A DNA stretch of 64,000 bases from sequence record NC_052659.1, one strand, 5' to 3'. The DNA is from Escherichia phage nieznany. Of the stretch, positions 63,348 to 64,000 are shown in pieces (within the stretch, counting starts at the first letter, position 1; the number at the start of each line of letters is the position of its first letter). The position numbers and the translations under genes are program-made. The notes beneath the pieces were generated by a model. It was not told the origin of the DNA, made no database searches, and saw only the letters and a list, made by a program, of their open reading frames with translations.

Positions 63348-64000
63348 TGAGTAAGTTTACATGGGATATTGAAGCAAACGGATTGTTGAATAATGACACT
63401 ATTGATTATTTAGCTAGTCCTTATCGTCTCAAAGACACATTTCAAATGCACTGTATTGTCTTAGAGAACCATGAAACAGGAGAAATAGTAGCTTTCCACG
63501 ATGGCCCTAAATACATTTTTGATGGTCGTCCTTATGAAGAGTCAGATGATAAATATACATATGTTCTTAAAGAATATGTGGCGCAAGATTACACACATTT
63601 TCAACTAAAAGATTTCCCAGATTTTATTAATCATGAAGGTTATTTTAAAGACAAGCCTGAATATTTGGTTGAAATGGCTGTGGCACACAACGGTATCAAC
63701 TATGACTGGTTGGCTACAAAACTGTTTTATGGATTAGATTACAGTGTTAAATATAACACGTGGGGTAAAAGCAAGGTAAAACTTATTGACTCCTTAATTT
63801 TGAGTAAAGTGTTAAACCCAGATCGAAAGATTGAGGGCAAATCAGGACATAGTTTGGCAGCACTTTCTCGAAAGGCAGGTGGGGATGTAAAAATAGATTT
63901 CCGTAAAGAGATTCCAGAAGAAGATCGATTTAAGACTTTTGCTGCGGATATGCTTTATTACTGTATCTATGACAACAAAGCCAATACGAGCGTATATAAT
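63347..64000 (+). CDS. family A DNA polymerase (T7 gp5-like), N-terminal 3'-5' exonuclease part; continues beyond window
   Basis: Own translation from GTG 63347: ..WDIEANGLL.. ..VAHNGINYDW.. ..IDSLILSKV.. matches T7 DNAP exonuclease motifs. Confidence 0.65.
   Translation, partial: MSKFTWDIEANGLLNNDTIDYLASPYRLKDTFQMHCIVLENHETGEIVAFHDGPKYIFDGRPYEESDDKYTYVLKEYVAQDYTHFQLKDFPDFINHEGYFKDKPEYLVEMAVAHNGINYDWLATKLFYGLDYSVKYNTWGKSKVKLIDSLILSKVLNPDRKIEGKSGHSLAALSRKAGGDVKIDFRKEIPEEDRFKTFAADMLYYCIYDNKANTSVYN

Noticed and set aside
1-64000. CRISPR array or integrase-mediated prophage boundary
   Set aside because: No regularly spaced direct repeats with unique spacers, and no tyrosine integrase or att-like tRNA junction; the only recombinase is a small resolvase-type enzyme.
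1-64000. Assignment to T4-like or T5-like phages
   Set aside because: The intron-containing nrdD and T5orf172 domain are suggestive, but the replisome is T7-type (gp4-like primase-helicase, family A polymerase) and no tRNA cluster was seen; classification left open.

Overview
This window reads as a segment of a virulent tailed-phage genome (about 40% GC, dense short genes, strong AGGAGG-type ribosome-binding sites, sigma70-like TTGACA-N16-18-TAnnnT promoters, and a T7-type replisome). Layout: a rightward block (1-4112, including a Sir2-family gene); a long leftward block (4182-16132) of small genes including a serine recombinase; a 1.6-kb gene-free region (16133-17771); a leftward array of about 30 very small genes (17814-25135), most with their own promoter followed by a conserved GC-rich 5' stem-loop; a repeat-rich intergenic region (25588-26340); a leftward block with NADAR, a T5orf172-type protein and an AAA+ ATPase (26395-32619); then a long rightward block (32734-64000) with a UvrD-like helicase, MazG-like protein, anaerobic ribonucleotide reductase nrdD split by a group I intron carrying an HNH endonuclease, nrdG, a Ter-like cluster (HAD-like, PRTase, macro domain, TerC, lipoprotein, SprT-like, vWA, TerD), a SleB-like cell-wall hydrolase, four glycosyltransferase-like genes, a gp4-like primase-helicase, an N6-adenine methyltransferase and the start of a family A DNA polymerase. 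No tRNA, rRNA or CRISPR array was found by eye. All calls rest on motif recognition by reading the translations; no database search was run, and promoter, hairpin and terminator coordinates are approximate. The phage genus and host are not assigned; codon usage in some genes (CTG/CGT-rich) hints at an enterobacterial host.
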